A stretch of 30,327 nt of DNA from an uncultured Chloroflexota bacterium (GCA_903924005.1 CAIXZV010000263.1:1-30327); one strand, 5' to 3'. Shown: positions 17,767 through 26,361, counted from the stretch's first letter. Program-made: numbers and translations. Notes: generated from the letters alone by a model not told the origin.

Positions 17767-18382
17767 AGCGGATCAACTACGAGAGCGCCGTGGCTACCGG
17801 TCGCGGCGACGACGGCACCACCGGCCTCCTCTTTGGCGGGGACCGCGTCTACAAGGACGACCTGCGGACCGAGGCCTTCGGCACGATAGATGAAGCAGTC
17901 GCGGCGCTTGGCATCGCCCGGGCTGAACTGGGTCATGTCGGCAGCGCCCATGCCAGGACGCCCGCGTTTCTGGGGCTTCCGCAACTGCTCCTGCGCATCC
18001 AGCGCGAACTCTTCGTGGTGGGCGCGGAGCTGGCAACGTCGTCCGAGAACCGCGACAAGGGTCGTGACGGCGAGAGCCGCGTCTCAGCCGTGATGGTGGA
18101 TGCCATGGACGCCACGCTGCGCGAGATGGAATCCGTGATTGAGCTTCCGCGCGAGTTTGTGGTGCCGGGAGAGACCCGCGCCTCAGCCGCGCTGGAACTG
18201 GCCCGCACGATCCTTCGCCGCGCCGAGCGTCGCAGCGTTACGCTTGCCCAGCACGATCCGGCGATTGCCGCCGGCCATCTTCTGCCCTATCTGAACCGCT
18301 TGGCAGACCTGCTCTGGATCCTCGCGCGTGTGGCCGAGCAGGTGAGGCCCGCGAAGCAACCAGGGCCCGGACCGACCGATAG
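17763..18382 (+). CDS. pduO: PduO-type cob(I)alamin adenosyltransferase (as sequenced, reads through in frame into the YccA gene)
   Basis: TGRGDDGTTGL, RTEAFGTIDE, IQRELFVVG, FVVPG, RRAERR and YLNRLADLL motifs. End is set at the alternative-frame TAG 18380-18382 that would be used if one base were restored near 18342. Confidence 0.8.
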
Positions 18383-18422
18383 GCCGGCAACCGGGCACAC
18401 ACCTCCACGGAGGACTGAACAC

Positions 18423-19121
18423 GTGAACGGCTACCAGCTCAACCCGTCCCGCCTTGGCGTCCGCCCGGCCCCGGCTCTCGTCCAGCAGCTCCTGATTGGC
18501 GCGTTTGGCTGGATGGGCGCAGGTCTTGCGCTCACTGCGGGCGTGGCGTACCTCGTCACCACCAGCCCCACGCTCCTTGACGGCATCGCTGGGCTCTGGC
18601 TGCCCCTGATCATTGGACAACTCGTCCTCGCCGTCGTGATCCAGGCGGCCATCAACAAGCTGTCTGCCACGGCCAGCCTTGCGCTGTTCTTCATCTACGC
18701 GGCCACCATGGGCCTCACCATCGGCCTGATCGTCAGCATGTACACCGGTGAATCGGTTGCGGCGGCGTTCATCAGCAGCGCGGCCATGTTTGGCGGCGCC
18801 GCGGTCTTTGGCGTCACCACCAAGCGCGACCTGTCGGGGCTCGGCGGGATCGCCTCGATGGCCGTGATCGGCTTGGTCGTGGCGATGGTTGTGAACATGC
18901 TGCTGAAGTCGTCGCCGCTGGGCTGGCTCATCTCGCTGGTGGGCGTGGCCCTGTTCACGGTTCTCACTGCGTACGATGTCCAGAAGATCACTAGCGGCCA
19001 GTACGCGGCAATCACCAAGTCCGCGGACCGGGCATCCATCCTTGCGGCGCTGCGGCTCTACCTGGACTTCGTGAACCTGTTTCTGTTCCTCCTACGGCTG
19101 TTCGGCGGCTCCCGCCGCTAA
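18423..19121 (+). CDS. Bax inhibitor-1 / YccA family membrane protein
   Basis: Own GGAGG RBS 9 nt before GTG 18423; about 7 TM segments; FGVTTKRDLS, LTAYDVQKI and ALRLYLDFVNLFLFLLRLFG motifs. Confidence 0.9.
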   Translation: MNGYQLNPSRLGVRPAPALVQQLLIGAFGWMGAGLALTAGVAYLVTTSPTLLDGIAGLWLPLIIGQLVLAVVIQAAINKLSATASLALFFIYAATMGLTIGLIVSMYTGESVAAAFISSAAMFGGAAVFGVTTKRDLSGLGGIASMAVIGLVVAMVVNMLLKSSPLGWLISLVGVALFTVLTAYDVQKITSGQYAAITKSADRASILAALRLYLDFVNLFLFLLRLFGGSRR

Positions 19122-19139
19122 CTCGCCGCGGGTGCGCCG

Positions 19140-19981
19140 CTAGGCGGCCGCCGCGCGGTGCCGCCTCAGGGGCACCAGCACCACCAGCAGGCTGAACGCG
19201 GTTGCCCAAAGCGTTGGGTTGCCGGCTACAAGCGCCAGGATCAACAGCGTCTCGCCGCGCCTACCGCCAAGACGCCCGCCAACCGCTGCCATCACCAGCG
19301 CCACGGCAAACCGCGCCGCGAACGGCACTGGGAGCAGGCTTGACCCGCTGGTCCCACCGCGGACCAATACGTCAACCGCAAACTGCAACCACGCCGCCGG
19401 GGAGACCGCGAAGCTCACCGCCAGCACCGCCGCGCCCACCGCTCCCGTGACGGCCGCCGCTCGCCAGCGGCGTGCGCCAACCAGGTACACCAGCCCCAGC
19501 ACGGGCGTCACCTTAATGGCCGCTGCCGGGATCCACCACAGGGGCGACCGCCGCAGCGCCAGCACCACCATCACCGCCAACACCAGGTGCACGTTGCGGA
19601 ACCAGAGCTCCACAGCCACCGGCAGAAACGCCACAAGCGCCAGGGCAACGATCAGCCGACGATCGGCCAGCCACCAGAGACAGCCAAGCAGCAGCGCCGT
19701 CCACCCTGCCGTGTAGACCGGGTTGGGCAGCACCGCCGCAAACGGCGCCAACACCTGGGCCAGTACCGGCGGGTACCAATAGGCGTACGGCGTGCCTGGC
19801 ACGGCAGTTGCGTCGTAGAGCGGCAGCCCCGAGAGGAGCCGTCCCGCGGCCAGCCAGTACGCCTGCTCGTCAGACGGGATTGCCCAGCGGGTGACGCCAA
19901 CCACAAGCAGGAGCGAGGCGCCAACGGCCGCGGTGACGATCAGCCACAGGGGCGGCCGCCGCTGAGAGGCGTCGCCGCCAA
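19140..19981 (-). CDS. Glycosyltransferase family 87 (DUF2029, GT-C fold) membrane protein
   Basis: DEQAYW, YAYWYPP, RNVHL and IKVTP motifs with many TM segments. The frame extends upstream of 19904 to TTG 19981. Confidence 0.75.
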
Positions 19982-19990
19982 CGGTGGCGC

Positions 19991-22024
19991 TCAGGCCTTG
20001 CTCGCCTTGGCTGCGTACATCGCCTCATCCGCACGCGCGGCCAAGTCAGTTGGGGTGGATGCCTCATCCGGAAAGACCGCGATGCCAACGCTGGCGGTCA
20101 CGACAGGTGCGTCGGCAACGCCTGCGCGCAGGACCGCGGTCTTGATGCGCCCCGTGATCTCCTCAGCAATGGTGCGGCTAGCCCCGGGCACAATCAGCCA
20201 GAACTCGTCGCCGCCCGCGCGGTAGACAAGGTCGCTGCCGCGGACTGTCTCTTGGAGGGCGGCGGCGACGCGTTTCAGCAGGGCGTCACCAGCCGCATGG
20301 CCCAGACCCAGCGGCGGATCGTTGAAGGCCTTGAAGTGGTCGAGATCCAGTTCGAGCAGCGCAAACGGCTGGCTGCGGCCCACAGCGGACGCAAGATCAC
20401 GCTCAAACGACCCGCGATTGCGGAGCCCTGTCAACGGATCGTGCTCGGCGGCCACCATGACCGCATCGTGGGCCTCAGCGTTGCGCATGGCGATTGACGC
20501 CTGGGTGGCGAAGAGGCGGGCAAGCTCAAACTCGTCGGGGGAGAAGCGCTGGCGGTCCTTGCCAATCCGCGCCACGTTCAGCGTGCCAACGGTGAGCCCG
20601 TCTGCAACCAGCGGACACACGATTAGCGATTCGGGCACCACCGGCGTCCCCGGGATCTGGATTGCCCGCGGATCGTTCTGCGCGTCGTTGGCCAGGACCG
20701 CTTGGCCGTTTGCGATGGCCCAGCCGTTGATCCCCGCGTTGATGGCCGGCATGTGGGCAAGGATTGCTGCTGCCTCCGGGTCCCGCACCACAATTGCCCG
20801 TCGGACACCCGCGGCGTGGTCGAGACGGAAGATCGCAAGCGAGTCAAACGCAACCAGCGCGCCCAGCGAGTCCGCAATCTTCTCCAGCACGCTGGCAGGC
20901 TCCAGCGTGGCCAAGAGTTGTTCGCTGATCTCCAGCAGGCGGTGCTGGCGCTCAAGCCGGTTGGCAAGCTCAAGCCGCTGCCGTTCAAGCTCCGCAAACG
21001 CGTCTGCGCCCACCAGCGACTGGGCCGCGTACCCTGCAAAGACTTCCAGCATCCGCTGGTCGCCGTCACTGAAGTGGTCGTAGCCGTCACGTGACACGAC
21101 GATCACGCCCAGCACGCGCGACTCCCAGGCCATCGGCACCACGAGCATCGACTCCGCACCGCGCCGATCGCCAACCTGACGGCCGCGGCTGTCGCTCCTT
21201 GCATCGGCCAGGCGGACGGCCTGGTTGTGCTCGGCAACCCAGCCGGTGATCCCCTTGCCCATGGGCACACGCAGCTGCTCCACCGACGGGCGGCCGATGC
21301 CAAGGAACTCGCCCTGAAACGCGATCGGCTCGCACATCGCGTTGGCGGCGTCCACGCGGTAGACGCGGATTGTGTCGTGGGCGATCAGCTTGTCCGCCTC
21401 GGCGACAATCGCCTCACCGATGGCGTTGACGCCCTGGATCCGATTGAGGCGCCAGGAGAGCTCCTGCACCGCGCGCAGACGGGCCGTGTCGGAGCGGGCA
21501 TCCGCCAGCAGCAGCGCGCCTGAGACCACCGAGCCCAGTTGGCGGGCAAACAGCGCGCCAAGCTCCCGATCGGCGTCGAGCCACATGCGCCCGGCGGCAC
21601 TGTAGAGAAGGATTGCCCCAACCACCTCGCCGCGGACGACGAGCGGCAGCACAAGCACCTGCTCGATCCCGGATGCGGCGTACACATCGACAAGGCCATC
21701 GGCTCGCGCTCCGCAATCGATGACCATTGGCTTGTCGGCTGCAAGCGCGGTCATCTCCACCAGCCCGCCGCTGCGACCCACAAGCTCAATGCCGTCCACG
21801 AGCGGCTCTTCCAGCCCTTCGGTGCCCGTCAACTGGAGCGCGAGCTTGCCGGCCGTGCGCACCCAGGCGGATGCCTGACGCGTGTGGAAGAGGCTGGTGG
21901 CCGCGTGGAGCGTGGCCCGGATCAGCTCGCCGATCTCAAGATCCGCTGACACGGTCCGGAGTGCGCGGAAGAGCGCCTCTACCCGGATTGCCTCAGAGGA
22001 GTTCGTACGTGAGGGTTCTGACAT
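19991..22024 (-). CDS. Diguanylate cyclase with three GAF domains
   Basis: Three GAF-like repeats (VLPLVVRGEVVGAI, VVPMAWESRVLGVI, VCPLVADGLTVGTL); DPLTGLRN, DLDHFK, I-site RGSD and intact GGDEF. Confidence 0.9.
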   Translation of the reverse strand: MSEPSRTNSSEAIRVEALFRALRTVSADLEIGELIRATLHAATSLFHTRQASAWVRTAGKLALQLTGTEGLEEPLVDGIELVGRSGGLVEMTALAADKPMVIDCGARADGLVDVYAASGIEQVLVLPLVVRGEVVGAILLYSAAGRMWLDADRELGALFARQLGSVVSGALLLADARSDTARLRAVQELSWRLNRIQGVNAIGEAIVAEADKLIAHDTIRVYRVDAANAMCEPIAFQGEFLGIGRPSVEQLRVPMGKGITGWVAEHNQAVRLADARSDSRGRQVGDRRGAESMLVVPMAWESRVLGVIVVSRDGYDHFSDGDQRMLEVFAGYAAQSLVGADAFAELERQRLELANRLERQHRLLEISEQLLATLEPASVLEKIADSLGALVAFDSLAIFRLDHAAGVRRAIVVRDPEAAAILAHMPAINAGINGWAIANGQAVLANDAQNDPRAIQIPGTPVVPESLIVCPLVADGLTVGTLNVARIGKDRQRFSPDEFELARLFATQASIAMRNAEAHDAVMVAAEHDPLTGLRNRGSFERDLASAVGRSQPFALLELDLDHFKAFNDPPLGLGHAAGDALLKRVAAALQETVRGSDLVYRAGGDEFWLIVPGASRTIAEEITGRIKTAVLRAGVADAPVVTASVGIAVFPDEASTPTDLAARADEAMYAAKASKA

Positions 22025-22172
22025 GATCCCAGCTGGTGCCGCCACCTTGGCGAGTTGCAGCCGCTGTCCGCTACGCGGCGCACGACTCGTCTTTTGGGAG
22101 TATCAGCCACGCTGGCAGGTCGCGCACGCCCCCGATGGGTCATCGGTGGGTAGGACCTCCGGGCAACGTTTC

Positions 22173-23552
22173 CTAGCGCAGCTCACCCGGCGTGGGCCGG
22201 CGTGCCAGCCGCTCCTCACGGGCCACGGTGTCCTCATCGCCAAGCGCCACGATGCCGGACCCAAGCGCCTTGCCGCGGTCCATTCGCACGTTGGCAAGCT
22301 TCATGACCTCGCCCGGGCTCAGCGTCGTCTGACCGTCCAGCATCACGATCCCGACAGACGCGTCCACGTGCACGTCGATTTCGTAGGCATGCAGGCGGAT
22401 CGGCTGCCGGATCCTGTCCTGGATACGCGTGGCCAGACGGAGCGCCGCAGCGAGGTCTGGCACATCGTTGAGCACCAGCGAGAACTCGTCGCCGGCACGG
22501 TTCAGGCGGGCAACTGCATCGGTTGCGCGCACGGCGGCCAGCAGCCGTCGCGCCGTGACCCGCAGAACCTCGTCACCGGACTCGTACAGGTACGTGTCGT
22601 TGACGGTCTTGAAGTGGTCGAGGTCCAGCAGGAGCACCGCCGCGCGCTGCTCGCCGCTGCGGGCGCGGTCCACGGCGGCCGCAAGGGCAGGGTTAAACCC
22701 GAGGTCATTGAGCAGACCGGTCTTCTCGTCGTGGCGCAGTGCCTCAAGACGGTTATGGGCCTGCCAGATGATGAGGGCAAGCACGATCGACACGATTGGC
22801 GCCCACCAGCCGATGGCCAGATACGACGCCGCCATCAGCCACGCGAGGATCCCCTCGGCCAGAAACGTTGTGCGAACGGACGTGTCAATGATGCGGCTGG
22901 CCTCTCTGAGGCTGACGTCAGACCGCATGGCGAGCGTCGGGATGACCAGGACCAGATTGGCCAAGGCAAACCCAAAGGCGGTCACGCTGGCCACGATGAA
23001 GAACGCGAGCGTGGGATCGCCCGCAAGTGGTTTGGCCAGAAGACCCCGCGCCACCTCTCCGGCGAGGCCACCCGCGATGGCCGCCAGCATTGACACAGCG
23101 TGATTGGACAAGATGCCGCGCAGGGGCTGGGAGCGAAGCTCGCGGATCTCCATCTCGGAGACCAGACCCATCAGCCCGCCGGCCACGGGTCCGCCAAGCA
23201 CGGTGCCAGCAACGATGAACGGCATGCTGAAGGTCATCACGCTGCCGCCCGGTCGCTCGGCGGCACGGATGCCGCCAAGGAGGCCAAACCCCAGCCAGAA
23301 GGCGAGCCCGCCGATGAGCGCTGCCTGCGGGCTCAGGCCAGGCCAGGGGAGCGCGATCTCGCGCCGCAGATAGCCGGCCGCAACCACGGCCGTCATCCCA
23401 ACGCCTGCGGCCAGGATCTGGAAGACAACCCACAGTGTGAGCTTGCTGGGGACAACCTCGAGCGCAAACTGCAGACCCACGGCTCGCCGCACGGCGACCG
23501 TGGTGCCCGGGCGCTGCGAGGTCCGGCTCGGGACCGTCCCTGACGCAAACAT
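22173..23552 (-). CDS. Membrane-bound GGDEF-domain protein with AGDEF variant active site
   Basis: Multi-TM N-terminus; DEKTGLLN, LLDLDHFKTVND, I-site RATD, then ARLNRAGDEF; SVGI motif. Confidence 0.85.
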   Translation of the reverse strand: MFASGTVPSRTSQRPGTTVAVRRAVGLQFALEVVPSKLTLWVVFQILAAGVGMTAVVAAGYLRREIALPWPGLSPQAALIGGLAFWLGFGLLGGIRAAERPGGSVMTFSMPFIVAGTVLGGPVAGGLMGLVSEMEIRELRSQPLRGILSNHAVSMLAAIAGGLAGEVARGLLAKPLAGDPTLAFFIVASVTAFGFALANLVLVIPTLAMRSDVSLREASRIIDTSVRTTFLAEGILAWLMAASYLAIGWWAPIVSIVLALIIWQAHNRLEALRHDEKTGLLNDLGFNPALAAAVDRARSGEQRAAVLLLDLDHFKTVNDTYLYESGDEVLRVTARRLLAAVRATDAVARLNRAGDEFSLVLNDVPDLAAALRLATRIQDRIRQPIRLHAYEIDVHVDASVGIVMLDGQTTLSPGEVMKLANVRMDRGKALGSGIVALGDEDTVAREERLARRPTPGELR

Positions 23553-23557
23553 GACGA

Positions 23558-23656
23558 CTACTCCCCCTTGGCCGCGGCTGTCGCGGCGATGTCCTCGGAG
23601 TGCGTCGGCGGGACGACTTCCAGGTCGCTGATCTTGGAGCGCGCGAAGTCAGACAC
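23558..23656 (-). CDS. 32-aa small ORF (MSDFARSKISDLEVVPPTHSEDIAATAAAKGE)
   Basis: AAGGAGG (23670-23664) lies 7 nt before GTG 23656; GC3-rich codons; stop is 5 nt before the cyclase ATG, and its last codons supply that gene's AAGGGGGAG RBS. Confidence 0.6.
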   Translation of the reverse strand: MSDFARSKISDLEVVPPTHSEDIAATAAAKGE

Positions 23657-23968
23657 CGACAGCCCTCCTTGGTATGGCGTCTCTGTGCGCTCGCGTGGTC
23701 CCGGTACCCCGTGAGCAACGACACTGTTGTCGGCTATATCTGACACCCCGTGGGACAACCACGGTACCCATCAGGGGGGTCATAGGGCGGTAGTACCTTC
23801 GTACTGTCAGAGCTCTGCGGCAGGGCATCGCAACCGCACCTCAGCGCACTCGAGTGTCCGGCGCAACAAGGCGCTGCAACTGCCGCGAGCAGGCGTCGAG
23901 TCCCCCGATGGTCCTATTCGGCTCCGTGCATCTCTGCCGAGATTGGGCCACTGTGTCACCCTGAGAGC

Positions 23969-25147
23969 ATGGAACACCCGCGAACGCTGGCCGCGCTGAT
24001 CGTGGTGGCCGCCTTGGTGACAGCGTGTGGTTCGGCGAGCAGTCGCGGAACCGCGTGCTTCCAGATTGGCCCGGCGCGGTCGCCGGGCACGGTCCCAGGA
24101 GATGGCAGCCCTATTCCGTCAGCGTCGGCTGGCACGGGCGTCCAGGAGCCGGCCAACACGGTGCGCTTCGGGCGCAAAGCCATCGTTGACCCGCAGGCGG
24201 GAAACAGCGAGGCCATCGTCTTCCTGCTGCCAGATGGCTGGCAGTACCAGGGCAGCATCCAATGGGTCCCGCAGTGGGAGCGTGTGGCGTTCCCGCAGAC
24301 CCGGATGTCTGATCCGGCCACCGGTATCACCATCGACTGGCTGCCCATCCAGGACTTCATCTGGTTCCAGGCGCCGGCGGGGTTTGATGCGCCCATCGGC
24401 GGCAACTACCAGGGCAAGGTCTACCAGCCCCCGGTCACGGACCCGGCGCAGTTCGTCTCGCAGTTCTGGGCGCCAACCACCCTGCCTGAGCTGCAGAACG
24501 CGCAACTCGTCAGCGTCAACCAGGTCCCGGAGCTCGCCACCGAGTTCAAGAAGGGCTTCGGCGGTCCGGCAGATGCTGCGGCGTATCGCCTGCGCTACGC
24601 GTACCAGCAGGACGGACAGCCGTGGGAGGAGGACGTCTCGTTCGCCCTGCTCTACTCGGGCAACGCGGACTTCATGTCCTGGTACGTCAACTTCGCCTAC
24701 ACGGCGCGCGCCCCGCGGGGCCAGCTTGACGCCAACGCCGGGATCATCTCCACGATTGTCGCCAGCCGGACGTCCACGCCCGAGTGGGAGGGGATCTACC
24801 GCTTCGTCCAGCAGTTGTTCGTCAAGGGCATCCAGCAGCAGATGGCGGACACGGTGGCCTTCGGCAAGATGCTGGCCCAGTACCGGGCGGAGATCCAGGC
24901 GCTGCAGGCGCAGGTGACCGCCGAGCGCCAGGCGTCCGAGGACCGCATTGCGCAGCTCCGCGGCGAGATCCTGAGCGGCGTCACGAGCTACAGCGACCCA
25001 GTCAACGGGGGCTACGTCCAGCTGCCCACCGGGTACAACCAGTACTGGGTGAACGACAAGGGCGAGTACCTGAGCTCCAGCCAGCCGGGCTTTGACCCAA
25101 ACACGCTCAACGACGGGTTCTGGCAGCTGCTGCAACCGAAGGGCTAG
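23969..25147 (+). CDS. Hypothetical lipoprotein with C-terminal coiled coil
   Basis: Lipobox VTAC; strongly coding-like codon usage; heptad-like segment QYRAEIQALQAQVTAERQASEDRIAQLR. Confidence 0.8.
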   Translation: MEHPRTLAALIVVAALVTACGSASSRGTACFQIGPARSPGTVPGDGSPIPSASAGTGVQEPANTVRFGRKAIVDPQAGNSEAIVFLLPDGWQYQGSIQWVPQWERVAFPQTRMSDPATGITIDWLPIQDFIWFQAPAGFDAPIGGNYQGKVYQPPVTDPAQFVSQFWAPTTLPELQNAQLVSVNQVPELATEFKKGFGGPADAAAYRLRYAYQQDGQPWEEDVSFALLYSGNADFMSWYVNFAYTARAPRGQLDANAGIISTIVASRTSTPEWEGIYRFVQQLFVKGIQQQMADTVAFGKMLAQYRAEIQALQAQVTAERQASEDRIAQLRGEILSGVTSYSDPVNGGYVQLPTGYNQYWVNDKGEYLSSSQPGFDPNTLNDGFWQLLQPKG

Positions 25148-25167
25148 CGGCGAGGATGTGCGCGGCG

Positions 25168-25467
25168 TCAGGCCGTAGCCGCGCCCGGTGACGTCAGCCT
25201 GAGGAACCGCGGCGGGCGCGCCACAGGGTCCGTCGGAACTGGACCGCCCCAGATGAGCGTGTCGGGGTCGATATCGGCGCCATCGGGCCAGACGACCGTC
25301 CCTGCTTCGACCGACAGCGCACGGAACCTGGCGGGATCGCGCTGCAACGGCTCGAACACCGGCCCCCAGAGCAGCGCTTCGAGGTCGCGCTCCACTACGT
25401 CGCCGCTGGTGAGCGTGAGGCGCACGGTGAACCTGTCAAGCGCGATGGAGTGCTTGATCCGGAGCAT
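25168..25467 (-). CDS. DUF2442 domain protein (putative antitoxin)
   Basis: VRLTLTSG...RDL..LLWGPVFEPL.RDPARF...VEAGTVVWPDGADIDPDTL fits DUF2442. Confidence 0.85.
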   Translation of the reverse strand: MLRIKHSIALDRFTVRLTLTSGDVVERDLEALLWGPVFEPLQRDPARFRALSVEAGTVVWPDGADIDPDTLIWGGPVPTDPVARPPRFLRLTSPGAATA

Positions 25468-25476
25468 CGCCAAATC

Positions 25477-25757
25477 CTACTTCAGCGGGGCAATCGGCCT
25501 GAGTGGCAGGTGCTGGGCTGCGAGTCGCCAATCATCGGCAAGCGCGCCCTAGCGCGCCCTGGCGCGCCCTGGCGCGCACTCGCCCACTCGAAGACGAGGC
25601 CCATCGCCCGCGGCGGCAGTCTGCCAGCCATCACCGACATGTCCGCCATCTTGATCGCCACCTCGTCGACGCCATAGACGGCGTGGAAGTGCGCGTCGGG
25701 GTGATCGTCGTAATAGATGTACACCACGATCCCGTAGGACTCGCAGACTCGCGCCAT
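25477..25757 (-). pseudogene. DUF4160 domain gene (putative toxin) with C-terminal frameshift from a 10-bp tandem expansion
   Basis: GGAGG RBS; YGIVVYIYYDDHPDAHFHAVYG...G.LPPRAMGLVFEWA fits DUF4160. The canonical tail (LADDWRLAAQHLPLRPIAPLK*) lies in another frame after the repeat. Confidence 0.8.
25542..25577. repeat. 10-bp tandem repeat, about 3.6 copies, inside DUF4160
   Basis: gcgcgcccta-gcgcgccctg-gcgcgccctg-gcgcgc on the + strand. Confidence 0.9.
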
Positions 25758-26178
25758 GTGGGTCCTCCGCGGAACCTCGGTCGTGCCGTTGAGTGGCGAG
25801 TCACCGAGGAGGCCGCCGACGGTAGCGTCCGGTGCTTACCGGTCACTTACTCGCCGGTGGCGAGGAGTTGGTCTTCAGGCGCCGGCTCACCGCTACATGC
25901 CCCCCTCGCTCGAGGTTGAGCGCGAGTACGTGCGCGAGGATGTGCTCGCGGGCCGTGTCTTGCACCCCGAACCCTTCACAGGGCTGGTCTGCTTCGCGGG
26001 CAAGGTCCTCCACGCCGGCGGGGTGGCTCGGCGGGATCGCGACGCAACGGCTCGCTCGGCCTGCCACAGGGCGGCTCCGCGCAGACGCCGTGGCGACGGT
26101 GATGGGCGCCTTTCAATCGCCCACAGCCAATGGCGACCCGCATGGTGCGTCGCCGGCCACCACGTCGCCCGTCCCCCG

Positions 26179-26207
26179 TTGACGACTTCGCGTAGCCGCA
26201 CTAGTAT
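26179..26207 (+). promoter_or_regulatory. Sigma-70 promoter of the rrf2-sufC-sufS operon
   Basis: TTGACG (26179-26184), 17-nt spacer, TAGTAT (26202-26207). Confidence 0.7.
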
Positions 26208-26208
26208 C

Positions 26209-26233
26209 AATCCCGACCTTAGCGGTCGGAATT
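26209..26233. promoter_or_regulatory. Putative Rrf2/IscR-type autoregulatory operator
   Basis: AATCCCGACC-TTAGC-GGTCGGAATT palindrome with the GACy-N5-rGTC layout of IscR type-1 sites, directly after the -10 box. Confidence 0.6.
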
Positions 26234-26361
26234 CTCCGGCCTGGCGGCGCAAGCCGCGGGCGTCCCCCCGGAGAACTCCAACCAGGTCTTGCGCGAGGCT
26301 CGGGTTGCCACGTCCCCGGTAACCCGAGCCACGCCGCTTCACCCTCATCGAGGACAGTCCC

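Noticed and set aside
21882-23093. 403-aa + strand ORF opposite the GGDEF genes
   Set aside because: Antisense shadow ORF; no recognisable domain or RBS.
23657-23960. c-di-GMP riboswitch upstream of the cyclases
   Set aside because: I could not find the GEMM-I GCAAA/GNRA-receptor pattern on the minus strand; an Infernal search would be decisive.
25775-25809. 7-bp inverted repeat (CCTCGGT / ACCGAGG) upstream of DUF4160 as a TA operator
   Set aside because: Arms are short with a 21-nt spacer, so chance occurrence is likely at this GC content.
25843-26067. Remnant sufU (AREHILAHV resembles YREVILDHY)
   Set aside because: The similarity is only a few residues, it is on the wrong strand for the operon, and the SufU Cys/Asp ligand pattern is missing.
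26200-26340. SAM-I or other known riboswitch in the suf leader
   Set aside because: Core SAM-I elements (AUC..GAG P1, kink-turn, GCAACC) are absent; kept only as an unassigned structured leader.
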